The notes under the pieces: model-generated
The model's input: only the letters and a program-made list of their open reading frames with translations
What the model was told of the DNA's origin: nothing
The model's database searches: none
Virus record (IMG/VR): IMGVR_UViG_3300020016_000007
Coordinates: 1-50,836 of that record
Length of the DNA: 50,836 nt
Reading direction: 5' to 3' (one strand)
Source: a virus
Lineage: Duplodnaviria; Caudoviricetes
Shown here: positions 1 to 8,803 of the stretch, one piece after another
Numbering within the stretch: the first letter of the stretch is position 1
How the letters are laid out: each line of letters begins with the position of its first letter
Program-made: the position numbers and the translations under genes

Positions 1-59
1 TAGCTTACACGATATCATCGTACACGCGCGTCTCGGGTGCGATGATATCGTGTAAGCTA
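1..59. repeat. Terminal fold-back inverted repeat (20-bp perfect stem)
   Basis: 1-20 is the exact reverse complement of 40-59; bases 1-16 differ from those preceding the right-hand repeat copy. Confidence 0.85.
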
Positions 60-142
60 CTTCTCTCGTAAGCATACTCATGGTATACGGTATTGCAGAT
101 ACCATACGGTATAAGTTACATTGATACGTAAGCAATCCATAA
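17..142 (+). repeat. Left copy of 126-bp terminal direct repeat
   Basis: 17-142 is identical to 50711-50836 (atcgtacacg...caatccataa); true DTR or assembly overlap. Confidence 0.9.
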
Positions 143-183
143 GTAATACTTAAGAAGCCAGCAACCTTAAGCAATACTTATGA
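68..183. repeat. Cluster of TAAGCAATACTTA-like imperfect palindromes near the terminus
   Basis: gtaagcatactca (~68), gtaagcaatcc (~128), taagtaatactta (~140), taagcaatactta (~168). Confidence 0.5.
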
Positions 184-800
184 GGCTTACGGCTTAGGTT
201 CCGTTAGTTCCAACCTTAAAGAACATAGTATGAACTATAGGTATCGTTCTATATATGTTCCATCAGACTGTGTGCTGCACTGCACAACGGCAATAGGCCG
301 TAGGATTGAATAGGAAGGCCAAGGGATAGGGTCTAAATCAAAGCTAGGTCCAGATGGTAGGCAGCGCATGGCATCTAGGCGGGCTTCTAATTGAATGTTG
401 CACCGCAACAGCTATGCAGTCTGTGCATACCTCAATCACAGTGTTGCCACAGTTCCTATGTTCTGGACGCATATCTAACCAATATCATCACGAAACCGTG
501 AATGTGACTGATATCACATAGATCGGCCTTTGTGTCGCCACATTTGGCGTGGTAAGATGGTTTGTTGATCGGGGTTCCGGTTGGCACCGCTGCACTGCAA
601 CATACCACTGGCCTACGGGTTTCCAGTGTCAAGGGCAAATGCAGAGGGGTTGTTTGGGCAGGCATTCCGCTTGCCAACTCCGGCTTAGGCTGGGGTTACA
701 TTGTGAAACGCTATCTCAATCGCCTATGCCTGCCCCGCAATCGGGGAAAGGAATAGACGATGCAATATCCCGTTAACTACCTTGGTTCACGTCCCAACAA

Positions 801-1124
801 ATGGGAACTAATCATCAGCCTGACAGGTTTGACTGTGTGGGTTGTATGGTTTGTTTCGATGGTGACGCTATGATTGCTTTCATTCATAGGGAAACCATCG
901 AACAACGCGCTAAGACTGTCACTCTAAAGGCAACGCCTTATGAGCGTAAACAGTTAGCGCCGACAACCCATAGGCTGCACCGCTTTGATTACTTAATCGG
1001 AGAGATGCAACCTAACTACCCAATGCCTGCTATTCGATACAAAGCAGAGATATTGCCCGATAGGGTAATTCTCTGGGAACGTATCGGGCTTTGGTCTTTC
1101 AAGTATCTTGCTCTGACAATCTGA
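801..1124 (+). CDS. Hypothetical early protein (true start possibly ~870)
   Basis: ORF on the early-arm strand; no recognisable motif. Confidence 0.35.
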   Translation: MGTNHQPDRFDCVGCMVCFDGDAMIAFIHRETIEQRAKTVTLKATPYERKQLAPTTHRLHRFDYLIGEMQPNYPMPAIRYKAEILPDRVILWERIGLWSFKYLALTI

Positions 1125-1179
1125 CAGGTTAACAACGGGGCAGCCACGGGCGATTGAGAAGCAAAAACGGAGAGAAACT

Positions 1180-2388
1180 ATGTTGAAAGCTAAACAATTG
1201 ACTGCTATTCGCGAAACGTTCCTTGAAGCAGCTGGCCATGATCTGCGCCTGACCGATGAAAGCCTTTCGGCTGTCATTGAGAAGGATGTGGCCAAATGGG
1301 ACGAAATGGACGGGGAGGATAAGATCGAATTCCTTACCCGTTGCGAGGAAGCAATGGCTGGTATCGCCATTACGGACCCCGGCATTTCGGCCATCGTTTC
1401 GCGTATCACTGCGGATGCCGATTTCGTCAAGGAAATTGACATTTGCATTGAAGCAGCAATGAAGAACAAGACAACGGCTGTTGACATTGCTTCACACTTA
1501 AAACGTGTTCTTCCGAAGCAAATCTTGGCGTCGGCACCGTGGCCGGGTTCGAAAGCGGAAACCGGCAAGCGTACCGTTCCCGGTTCGAATGAACTGGCTG
1601 ATATTGTCGAGACTACGGATCAAACGGGCAAAGCAATTCGCACCGTTTGGCACAATGATTTCGTTTCAACCATGCCGAAAGGCAAGGAATTCGAAACGGA
1701 TATTGACGATGTGAAACGGGAGCAGAAAGCCGCCGGTTCTGTCCCTCGTTTCAAGGGCAAGAGCATTTCGAAGCGCGACCTTGCGGCCATGCTGTCAACT
1801 GCTACGGCACAACGCAACGCCATGCGAGGAATGTTCAAACGTGCTTTCGCTCTCATCAAGCAATTGATTGAAATTGAAGGCATGGAGCATGTCACTTGTG
1901 ACTTTATCAAGGGACATGACAAAGCGCGTTGCGCGATGTGGCCGAAAGAGTATGGTAAGGGGAAGGCCGAAGGTATTCTAGTTACCAATGCTCCTAAGCC
2001 ATTGTGGATGGCACCCGCCGACAATCCGGGCGAGGGCCGGGATTTCAGCGTCACACAGGTTCTTGCATTCGATGTTGCCAAGGCATTGCGTATGCCCAAC
2101 GGCGGCACAATGGCGGAACTGGTTTCGACAGCCAAAACTGAAACGGCAACGCCAGAGGCAACGGCATACACACCCGAACAACTGGACGATGCCGTTGTTA
2201 CGACGTGGCGGAACCTCAGTGAACGGGACAAGATGGCTGCACTTCGCACCCGTCTCAACAGCCCGGACAATGAGGATACCAAAGAAGCCTATTGCGCTCT
2301 TTACCTCTTGCTTAAGCCCATCTATACGGCCAATGAGAAGTGGTATAACGAACGGCTTAATGGGCCGGTTGAAAAGACTGGCACCTAA
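1180..2388 (+). CDS. Hypothetical 402-aa early protein
   Basis: Long ORF, GGAG RBS upstream, followed by an intrinsic terminator. Confidence 0.85.
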   Translation: MLKAKQLTAIRETFLEAAGHDLRLTDESLSAVIEKDVAKWDEMDGEDKIEFLTRCEEAMAGIAITDPGISAIVSRITADADFVKEIDICIEAAMKNKTTAVDIASHLKRVLPKQILASAPWPGSKAETGKRTVPGSNELADIVETTDQTGKAIRTVWHNDFVSTMPKGKEFETDIDDVKREQKAAGSVPRFKGKSISKRDLAAMLSTATAQRNAMRGMFKRAFALIKQLIEIEGMEHVTCDFIKGHDKARCAMWPKEYGKGKAEGILVTNAPKPLWMAPADNPGEGRDFSVTQVLAFDVAKALRMPNGGTMAELVSTAKTETATPEATAYTPEQLDDAVVTTWRNLSERDKMAALRTRLNSPDNEDTKEAYCALYLLLKPIYTANEKWYNERLNGPVEKTGT

Positions 2389-2403
2389 CTACAACTAATC
2401 CTT

Positions 2404-2435
2404 GCCCCTGCCCTAATCGGCAGGGGTTTTTTTTT
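2404..2435 (+). terminator. Rho-independent terminator
   Basis: gcccctgcc/ggcaggggt stem followed by a T run. Confidence 0.9.
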
Positions 2436-2547
2436 GTGCCTGCTTTCCGTGGCATGTGGCATCCTGTATACCAGCAATTTCTGACAGGTCCAAACCACAC
2501 TCGTACGTCCGGCCGAAACTATTCATAATCAATCATGTATACATCCG

Positions 2548-2623
2548 ATTATAGCTATAGCTAAATTCACAGTCGATCTTAGCTCGTCAAGACTGGTTAA
2601 CCTCAAACTAATTATAGCTATAA
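2548..2623. promoter_or_regulatory. Two ATTATAGCTATA copies (palindromic, operator-like)
   Basis: Copies at 2548-2559 and 2611-2622; ttatagctataa at 2612-2623 is a perfect palindrome just upstream of a promoter. Confidence 0.4.
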
Positions 2624-2632
2624 GTTCGCCGT

Positions 2633-2661
2633 TTGATTCCAAAAGATTACTGTGGTACTAT
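2633..2661 (+). promoter_or_regulatory. Sigma70-type promoter with extended -10
   Basis: TTGATT-17-TACTAT with TGn before the -10. Confidence 0.6.
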
Positions 2662-2904
2662 TCAGATAATGGAGAGAAGAAATGAAGGAAGCGACGGGCC
2701 TCTAGTCCTAGCGGGCCAAGCCATTCTCCAACACGTCGGTGATGCCTTCATTGATGTACGTCTACCATTGGTCCACAAACAAATGGTATCGTCATATAGG
2801 GTTCAAGGAACCCGTATAACCTAACCCTACTACGGGGAACGCATGACTTAGGCTCTGCGAGGGAAGCGTAGTAACCTTGCTTGCAGGTATAGCAAGCTCT
2901 TACC

Positions 2905-3083
2905 TGTGTTGCCATCAGCCCTGAGTGTAGGTCTGGGACTGCGTATACCTCGCCCTTCTGTATTCATCTTGTTTTCATGTGTTAGTAACCCCTGCCACAG
3001 TGCACAGTAACACATGAACTCAGCATGATACGTAGGCCAAGCAGACGTATGCTTCCTTTACATTCAGGGCTGACGCCAGCACA
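2905..3083 (+). ncRNA. 179-nt rod-like structured RNA element
   Basis: Nested pairings 2905-2911/3077-3083, 2915-2924/3064-3073 and 2974-2984/3008-3018, plus intermediate G-U-containing stems; no credible ORF. Confidence 0.6.
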
Positions 3084-3104
3084 TCGCTGGAATAGGAGGA
3101 CTAT

Positions 3105-3323
3105 ATGTCAGCACGTAGTGCGTATTGCACCGGATGCGGCGTAACGTTTATGCGTATGCATCAAATGATTAATCACCGTCGCACCGATAGGTGCGGTGGA
3201 CGTTTCTTGCCACCCGAAGAACGGGAGAAGCTGGACGAAGCACGCTTCTTCCGTGAAGCTGCTGCTCGTGCAGCACGTCCTGCGAAGAAGGTTCGCTCTG
3301 ATCTCCCGTATTGGGAGGTTTAG
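3105..3323 (+). CDS. Small zinc-finger-like protein
   Basis: C-x2-C-x12-H-x5-C (CTGC...HRRTDRC); GGAGGA RBS. Confidence 0.7.
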   Translation: MSARSAYCTGCGVTFMRMHQMINHRRTDRCGGRFLPPEEREKLDEARFFREAAARAARPAKKVRSDLPYWEV

Positions 3324-3515
3324 ATGATTATCATCATCATGGGTTGGACCAGAGAAGGTAAACCCCTCAACATGTACAAGATTGATATGTCTGTGACCGA
3401 GCACAAACATATCGACGATGTGGTGAGTGTATACAAACGTATGCATCCTAGTGCTGTCCGTGTTACGATGGACATTGCTTTACCTCTGTGTGACATGGAG
3501 GTTCCTAATGTCTAA
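3324..3515 (+). CDS. Hypothetical early protein
   Basis: GGAGG RBS; abuts the previous gene. Confidence 0.65.
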   Translation: MIIIIMGWTREGKPLNMYKIDMSVTEHKHIDDVVSVYKRMHPSAVRVTMDIALPLCDMEVPNV

Positions 3516-3732
3516 ATGTATTTGTAAGTTCAAGGCTGTGGGTCAGCCAATGAACCTCAACGGGTGCACCGTACACGAGGATGATTACACGTGTGATTTA
3601 TGTCCTCTCCACTTGTGTGCCATCTATCGTCCATCACGAGAATTCGTAGTGGGAAAGGACAGCTGGCCTGTATGTGTATGTGGCCATGTTGCACAAGATC
3701 ACAACGTGAGGGTCATATCATGTATCTTCTAG
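3508..3732 (+). CDS. Cys/His-rich small protein (probably metal-binding)
   Basis: GGAGG RBS; CxC, CxxH, CxxC and CxCGH motifs. Confidence 0.6.
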   Translation: MSKCICKFKAVGQPMNLNGCTVHEDDYTCDLCPLHLCAIYRPSREFVVGKDSWPVCVCGHVAQDHNVRVISCIF

Positions 3733-3908
3733 TTGTAGGCTACCTTAACGGAGCCAGCGAATACTATGGTCCCTTTCCTACTGAGGATAGGGCTAGGCAG
3801 TACGCTGAAGCTGTCGAGATTGACCTTAAACCTCAGCGTTGGTTTGTAGTACCTTTGATAGTGCCTTACTTCACTGTCGTTCAACGTATCATATGGGTGC
3901 GAACATGA
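3720..3908 (+). CDS. Hypothetical early protein
   Basis: ATG with GAGG RBS; overlaps neighbours in an operon-like way. Confidence 0.55.
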   Translation: MYLLVVGYLNGASEYYGPFPTEDRARQYAEAVEIDLKPQRWFVVPLIVPYFTVVQRIIWVRT

Positions 3909-4054
3909 TGGTGTGGTATTGCCCACTAGATGGGCTGGAATACCGCTGCCTACTATTGGTGGGCTGGCGGGTAGTACATCGGCTTGATGTCGATGGTAAG
4001 CCGTGGGTCAAGATGGTGAAGGACAAGGAAGTATCCTTATCATGTCTGAACTGA
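3905..4054 (+). CDS. Hypothetical small protein
   Basis: ATGA-coupled to the upstream gene. Confidence 0.45.
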   Translation: MMVWYCPLDGLEYRCLLLVGWRVVHRLDVDGKPWVKMVKDKEVSLSCLN

Positions 4055-4227
4055 AGGAGATATGTATTCAAGATGCTGTCAATCCACCTTTAACTAGAAA
4101 GGAACTGAAGAGATTAGTCCGCGTACTTAAAAGTCTATGTCCTATCCATGCGATAGACACAGACTTGAAAGTAAACATCATCAAACGGGAAATCACCGTA
4201 GGCAATACCGTCTATTGGTGGGAATAA
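4042..4227 (+). CDS. Hypothetical small protein
   Basis: AAGGA RBS; fits the operon. Confidence 0.5.
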   Translation: MSELKEICIQDAVNPPLTRKELKRLVRVLKSLCPIHAIDTDLKVNIIKREITVGNTVYWWE

Positions 4228-4238
4228 TCGGAGCAAAC

Positions 4239-4547
4239 ATGACTAATGTGGTAAAAGCAATGGCCCAAGACCTCCAGCGTATTCCGGAGGTGGATAGATT
4301 ACCGAAGAGTGTTGAAGATGTCTGTGACATCATCGGCAATCAGTTCGGAGATACTGCCAACATGCTCGAAGATCGTGCTGAGGCACTGATCGGACGAGCG
4401 CAAGAGTTGAAGGACATGGCGAAACGTCTTCGTGAAGCCAGTGTCAACGTGCCTGTGAACTTGAAGAAGTGGGTTGGCGTCGAGATCGATTACCGAGACG
4501 CCGGTTTCAAGGTCAGTTCCGTCAACCCTGATCCTAACTACCGATAG
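4239..4547 (+). CDS. Hypothetical coiled-coil protein
   Basis: GGAG RBS; helical charged sequence. Confidence 0.7.
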   Translation: MTNVVKAMAQDLQRIPEVDRLPKSVEDVCDIIGNQFGDTANMLEDRAEALIGRAQELKDMAKRLREASVNVPVNLKKWVGVEIDYRDAGFKVSSVNPDPNYR

Positions 4548-4616
4548 TACGGCGTGGTTGTAGGTTATCCTTAAACCTTCATTCATAAGTCTGACAGGTC
4601 GCAAAGGAGCACTATT

Positions 4617-4793
4617 ATGCTGGAAATATTTATCTGTGTCGATGATGAACGTGACGAAGAGACGGGGGAGATGCTCGGTATTACACTGAGTATTCCTAAG
4701 AGCACTGACCCCGTTGATCTCATCAACGCTATCCGTACGCTGTACCCTACCTGTACGTTCTACAGCGTAGACCAATCTCCGGTGACGGAGTAA
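4617..4793 (+). CDS. Hypothetical small acidic protein (58 aa)
   Basis: AAGGAG RBS; read manually (MLEIFICVDDERD...). Confidence 0.6.
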   Translation: MLEIFICVDDERDEETGEMLGITLSIPKSTDPVDLINAIRTLYPTCTFYSVDQSPVTE

Positions 4794-4796
4794 GCC

Positions 4797-4958
4797 ATGA
4801 CAGACATCATGCTGATTCAAATACTTCGCAATCAACTTACGGACATGTCCAGTGTATTATCCTATGCTATTACGCAGAAGGATAAGGCCCGCCATAGTGA
4901 GTATGAGTTACGTATTAATGAAACTAAGGCTCTGCTAAGAGCAGTGGATAAGTCCTAG
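4797..4958 (+). CDS. Hypothetical small protein (53 aa)
   Basis: GGAG RBS; read manually (MTDIMLIQILRNQ...). Confidence 0.5.
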   Translation: MTDIMLIQILRNQLTDMSSVLSYAITQKDKARHSEYELRINETKALLRAVDKS

Positions 4959-5012
4959 TATATCTAACCTGCGGCGGATCAACGCTTTTATCACGAATAT
5001 CGGAGGTTGTCA

Positions 5013-5198
5013 ATGTCTAAAACGACATATTGGTTCGGTTATTATAAGACCCTCGGGAAGGTTGCTGCTTCTCGGTGGAGCAGTGACTCACGGCCTTCTC
5101 CGGGTAATTTCTACACCGTCAAGATTTCGGAGGAAGAGTTTCAGCTGCCAATCACAGTATTAATGAAGAGGTATCCCTCACCGGAGCCTCCGAGTTAA
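5013..5198 (+). CDS. Hypothetical small protein
   Basis: GGAGG RBS. Confidence 0.6.
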   Translation: MSKTTYWFGYYKTLGKVAASRWSSDSRPSPGNFYTVKISEEEFQLPITVLMKRYPSPEPPS

Positions 5199-5207
5199 GG
5201 TAGCCAT

Positions 5208-5236
5208 TTGCGTTCAAAGATTTCCTGAGGTATAAT
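5208..5236 (+). promoter_or_regulatory. Sigma70-type promoter
   Basis: TTGCGT-17-TATAAT in an intergenic gap. Confidence 0.7.
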
Positions 5237-5281
5237 ACTACTATGATCGAGTTGGGACTTGATCGTAATCGGGAGGAAAGT

Positions 5282-5941
5282 ATGGCTAACCGGAATATCC
5301 AACAGAAGATACTCAAGAACAAGCGGCGAGGAAGATACGCCCGCTTCAGTGGGAGTACTACGCGTGTCATATCGCGTACTGTCCAAGTCTTAGAGCAAGA
5401 GGGCGAGGATAAAGTCAGAGTAAAAGACGTTGAGGTTTACGTTGGCCCCGTCAGTCTTAGCAAGCAAGTCATATCTACTGGCCGTGGTCCTGACAAGGAA
5501 CGGCTGCGGGAATACTTCGAACGTGTCCACAGTTACGATCAGTCCCTGCCCGATGTGATCTTTGGTTCCCATTGGATGGGTTCAGAGAAGTATTCGACTG
5601 AGCGTCGCAGTGAATCCGGCTTGCGGTTGAAACTTCCAGATATCGCAGGCCAGTATGCAGAATTCATCAAGGGTATCCCACGCGAGATGCGTATCCGCTT
5701 GGTGGATAACACCACAGGAACACTGGACTTGTATTTCAATATGACCCAGTTCTTCTTCGTGGATGTGGATTATCGTAAGCACTTCATCCGACGAAGCACG
5801 ATATATCCAACAAAGAAGAGAGCACTTGATGCTCTCAAAGATCAGAGAGTCAGGTGGGTCGAGGTACTCTCCTCACCAAAGAAGGCTCCGAAGTTTGAAC
5901 GAATTGGTAGCGGCAACCCGGTGGCTCCTCCCAAGAGCTAG
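5282..5941 (+). CDS. Hypothetical basic protein
   Basis: GGAGGA RBS; own promoter upstream; Arg/Lys-rich N-terminus. Confidence 0.75.
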   Translation: MANRNIQQKILKNKRRGRYARFSGSTTRVISRTVQVLEQEGEDKVRVKDVEVYVGPVSLSKQVISTGRGPDKERLREYFERVHSYDQSLPDVIFGSHWMGSEKYSTERRSESGLRLKLPDIAGQYAEFIKGIPREMRIRLVDNTTGTLDLYFNMTQFFFVDVDYRKHFIRRSTIYPTKKRALDALKDQRVRWVEVLSSPKKAPKFERIGSGNPVAPPKS

Positions 5942-5950
5942 CCGTTACCA

Positions 5951-6000
5951 GCCCCCGGCATAGTGACTAGCCCCGACGCTCCCTGCCGGGGGCACTCTTT
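5951..6000 (+). terminator. GC-rich hairpin, possible terminator or processing site
   Basis: gcccccggca/tgccgggggc 10-bp stem; weak T tail. Confidence 0.45.
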
Positions 6001-6109
6001 CCCTGTAATGTTGAGTAGTAGCCGTAGCGCATCATCCTACGGTATTTTTTTGTATCTATTTTTCTAAAACGGTAGTTTTATTAGTCCATTTCGGACGTTG
6101 GAGTGAACA

Positions 6110-6577
6110 ATGGAGAGAGCTATTGACTTCGTAAGACAGTTCGAACCGATCTACAACAGAGACCCGGAGTGGTGGAATGTCACCTTCTTCTTCGGTAGTC
6201 TCTTGGCAGGACTAGTCGTGTACGGCGTTTATCGTTGGGAGCGTAGCCGTACGTGGTATTGGAATAACGTCATCCCTTTCGGGAGGGGTAGAATGTCACG
6301 TCGGCGGGCAAGAAGAGAATACGTTCGTAGAGATGCGATCGACAAGTTAGTGGATTACGTGGAGGAGAGGGTTTTTCATGGGGAATATACCCGTGCTGAA
6401 GCCAATGAACTCTATCGTGATGCACGAAAGTATTGGCCGGTGAAGGAACTATTTCCATCACCTGTTCTGCTGAAGGAGAACATCCAAAGCCGTTTGGCAA
6501 GACAACAGAACCAACCTGTTCCTCTGCCGGATAAACCAAAGCCGAAGCATATGTTCGACAAGCCAGCGAAAGCTTAG
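6110..6577 (+). CDS. Membrane-anchored hypothetical protein
   Basis: GGAG RBS; hydrophobic segment VTFFFGSLLAGLVVYGVY. Confidence 0.75.
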   Translation: MERAIDFVRQFEPIYNRDPEWWNVTFFFGSLLAGLVVYGVYRWERSRTWYWNNVIPFGRGRMSRRRARREYVRRDAIDKLVDYVEERVFHGEYTRAEANELYRDARKYWPVKELFPSPVLLKENIQSRLARQQNQPVPLPDKPKPKHMFDKPAKA

Positions 6578-6617
6578 CTCAACCCAGTCGGAGGGGTTCC
6601 GATAAACGGAGAAGAAG

Positions 6618-8057
6618 ATGCAAACGGGAACTATCGTAAGACGCAATGCTGGGACATTCATTCCAAATGCCTTCTTAGAGAAGGTACTGGAGGCTAACCC
6701 CAATGGGTGGGGAGCAGCCATCGTCTCGGACGACAACGGCGAGAAGTCTCTTCTGATCAACCACGGTACTGACCTGACCGTGGAGTTCATTCAGGAGACG
6801 ATGCAAACGTTCGAGAAGAACGACATCACCTTCTATTTCGCCAGTTCGGAGGATGCCCTCTCCGAAGAAAGCACGTCGCCGTATATCCTCGTCGAGATGG
6901 ACGGCGTTCCAAAGATCATCGCCTTCATCGAAGGCAACTTCCCCGGCCACGCCAAGACGGATTCCGCTCTGCCGCCGGAGTACCACATGGTGCATGAGGT
7001 CCTGAAGGATAAATTTCAGGGTCTCTATGACATGGTGGATGGTGATCTCACGAAGTTGATGGAGACGGTGAAGAAGCCCTTCTTCCGGAAGGAGATGCTT
7101 CTCAACTCTGTCTCACGCGGCAACATCACTATCGTCGCCGCGAACGGCGAATCGGTGTCGTTCGTCCAAGGTGATACTCAGGCTGAGTTCCCGTGGGGCT
7201 GGACCAGCAATACTCATGGTTACGAAACGGAGGGTAAGAAGGAACCGCCGAAGGAGCCGCCGAAGAAGGCAACGATGTTCGAGAAGATCGGAAAGTCTAC
7301 GGTGAGGGAGAAGGCAACGCCGCCGTCTCCAGCAGCTGCTGAGGCAGCGGCTTCGGCACCGAAGGCTGAGACAGCAGTTATCAAGAACTACACGACCAAG
7401 AAAGACAAGCCCCCTGCTCATCTCAGTAGGAAGGATAAGGGTAATTGGTACAAGCACAAGATCGGTTACAAGCCGAAGGGTTGGGAGAACGCTGTATCCA
7501 TTGACGTCTACGTCGATCCGCAAGGCAAGGTGATGTCCTTCAGTCAAGTGAAGGCTCTCGGCACCGAGGCCATCGGCGTGCTTCAGCTGGCGAAGAACCC
7601 CGAACGCGACAAGGACACCGAGACGGAGAACCTTCCGGAGAACCAGATGACCAATGCCCCTGCCGCCGGGGAGAAGGCCGTCACTACGGAAGTATTACCG
7701 TTGATGTCACCCGACACCCGGAAACACATCCAAGCGCTCATGAAGGATGCCGGGGTCCAGAAGACTATCTCCGAGAACGCCGACATGATCCTCAAGCCGG
7801 ACAAGGTGCAGCAGCAGGAGGCAAAGTTTGCCGACTTCGCGAAGCAGCTTGGCGACAAAGTGGACATCACGGACTTCATCAAGTGGAGTTACGAGATGCG
7901 GCTCCAACTCGGCAAGACACGTCCGGATGGACTGGCAGTTATGTGCCAGACATTCGCGACGATGCTGGCCAAGTATATGCTTAAGGAGGGTAACACTGAA
8001 CTGAGCACACCGGCGAAGAAGAAGCCGATGTTCGAGAAGCTGTCGGCTGCTGGCTAG
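6618..8057 (+). CDS. Degenerate class II (Ntn) glutamine amidotransferase-like protein with long C-terminal extension
   Basis: NPNGWG (cf. NPDGxG) and WGWTSN motifs; lacks the N-terminal catalytic Cys and HNG motif. Confidence 0.55.
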   Translation: MQTGTIVRRNAGTFIPNAFLEKVLEANPNGWGAAIVSDDNGEKSLLINHGTDLTVEFIQETMQTFEKNDITFYFASSEDALSEESTSPYILVEMDGVPKIIAFIEGNFPGHAKTDSALPPEYHMVHEVLKDKFQGLYDMVDGDLTKLMETVKKPFFRKEMLLNSVSRGNITIVAANGESVSFVQGDTQAEFPWGWTSNTHGYETEGKKEPPKEPPKKATMFEKIGKSTVREKATPPSPAAAEAAASAPKAETAVIKNYTTKKDKPPAHLSRKDKGNWYKHKIGYKPKGWENAVSIDVYVDPQGKVMSFSQVKALGTEAIGVLQLAKNPERDKDTETENLPENQMTNAPAAGEKAVTTEVLPLMSPDTRKHIQALMKDAGVQKTISENADMILKPDKVQQQEAKFADFAKQLGDKVDITDFIKWSYEMRLQLGKTRPDGLAVMCQTFATMLAKYMLKEGNTELSTPAKKKPMFEKLSAAG

Positions 8058-8158
8058 GCACAGTAGGCGTCTACTGTGGAGCGGCAGAAATGCCATCCCA
8101 CCATCGGGATTGGAGGGCTTCTAGTCCCGGTGGTGGTCCTATTAACCTCGGAGGGAAC

Positions 8159-8803
8159 ATGTTCGAATCAGTTAAAAGATTATTCCGCCAAGACCCTGAT
8201 AGGTCGGCGGAGGCATGGCACAGGCAATGTGAGTTGACACCAGACATCTGGTATCTCGAACAACATCATCGTCAGCTTATCTTCGTAGCTGATGATCTGA
8301 TGACAGACCACCGTCATAATCATATTCTGACGGAAGCGTCGGCATCAGGGGTTGACCCAATGCATCCGTACGCGTATACTCTCGATGATTACAAGTTCTA
8401 TCTGAAGGACCTCGGCAAGGTAAGTCACCCTGTCTTGATGGAGAAGGATGCAGAACTCACCGGCTTCGTCCGGTTCCCTCCTGAGCCTGCTCAGGTGAAG
8501 GGAGAATTGTGGTCAATTCGACCGTATCAGTTTATTAAGCTTGACAAGCTACGGCAGAATGGTATACAATTCGTCCGTAAGCGTGTATCCATTTTCCTTC
8601 CTGCAGTCGATGTCGTCTACACCAAGCAGCAACCCAATCCTAAGCTGGTGACAGCGAATGGTGTGGTTCGGGCGTGGATGTACGTCGGTATCCCTGAGTA
8701 TTGGGATACCCAACTTGGTGGTGTATTCGCTACCAAGGCTGCTCCGATGTACGAGCACGACTACCCAATCCCCGAAGTGAGAAGATTCTACAAGTTTGAG
8801 TAA
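8159..8803 (+). CDS. Gamma-glutamylcyclotransferase (GGCT/AIG2)-like protein
   Basis: IFVADDLM..H.HN, VKGELWSI, LDKL and RAWMYV follow the GGCT motif order; YGTL is degenerate. Confidence 0.6.
   Translation: MFESVKRLFRQDPDRSAEAWHRQCELTPDIWYLEQHHRQLIFVADDLMTDHRHNHILTEASASGVDPMHPYAYTLDDYKFYLKDLGKVSHPVLMEKDAELTGFVRFPPEPAQVKGELWSIRPYQFIKLDKLRQNGIQFVRKRVSIFLPAVDVVYTKQQPNPKLVTANGVVRAWMYVGIPEYWDTQLGGVFATKAAPMYEHDYPIPEVRRFYKFE

Noticed and set aside
993-2282. Minus-strand ORFs 993-1568 and 1620-2282
   Set aside because: Antisense shadows of the 402-aa gene.
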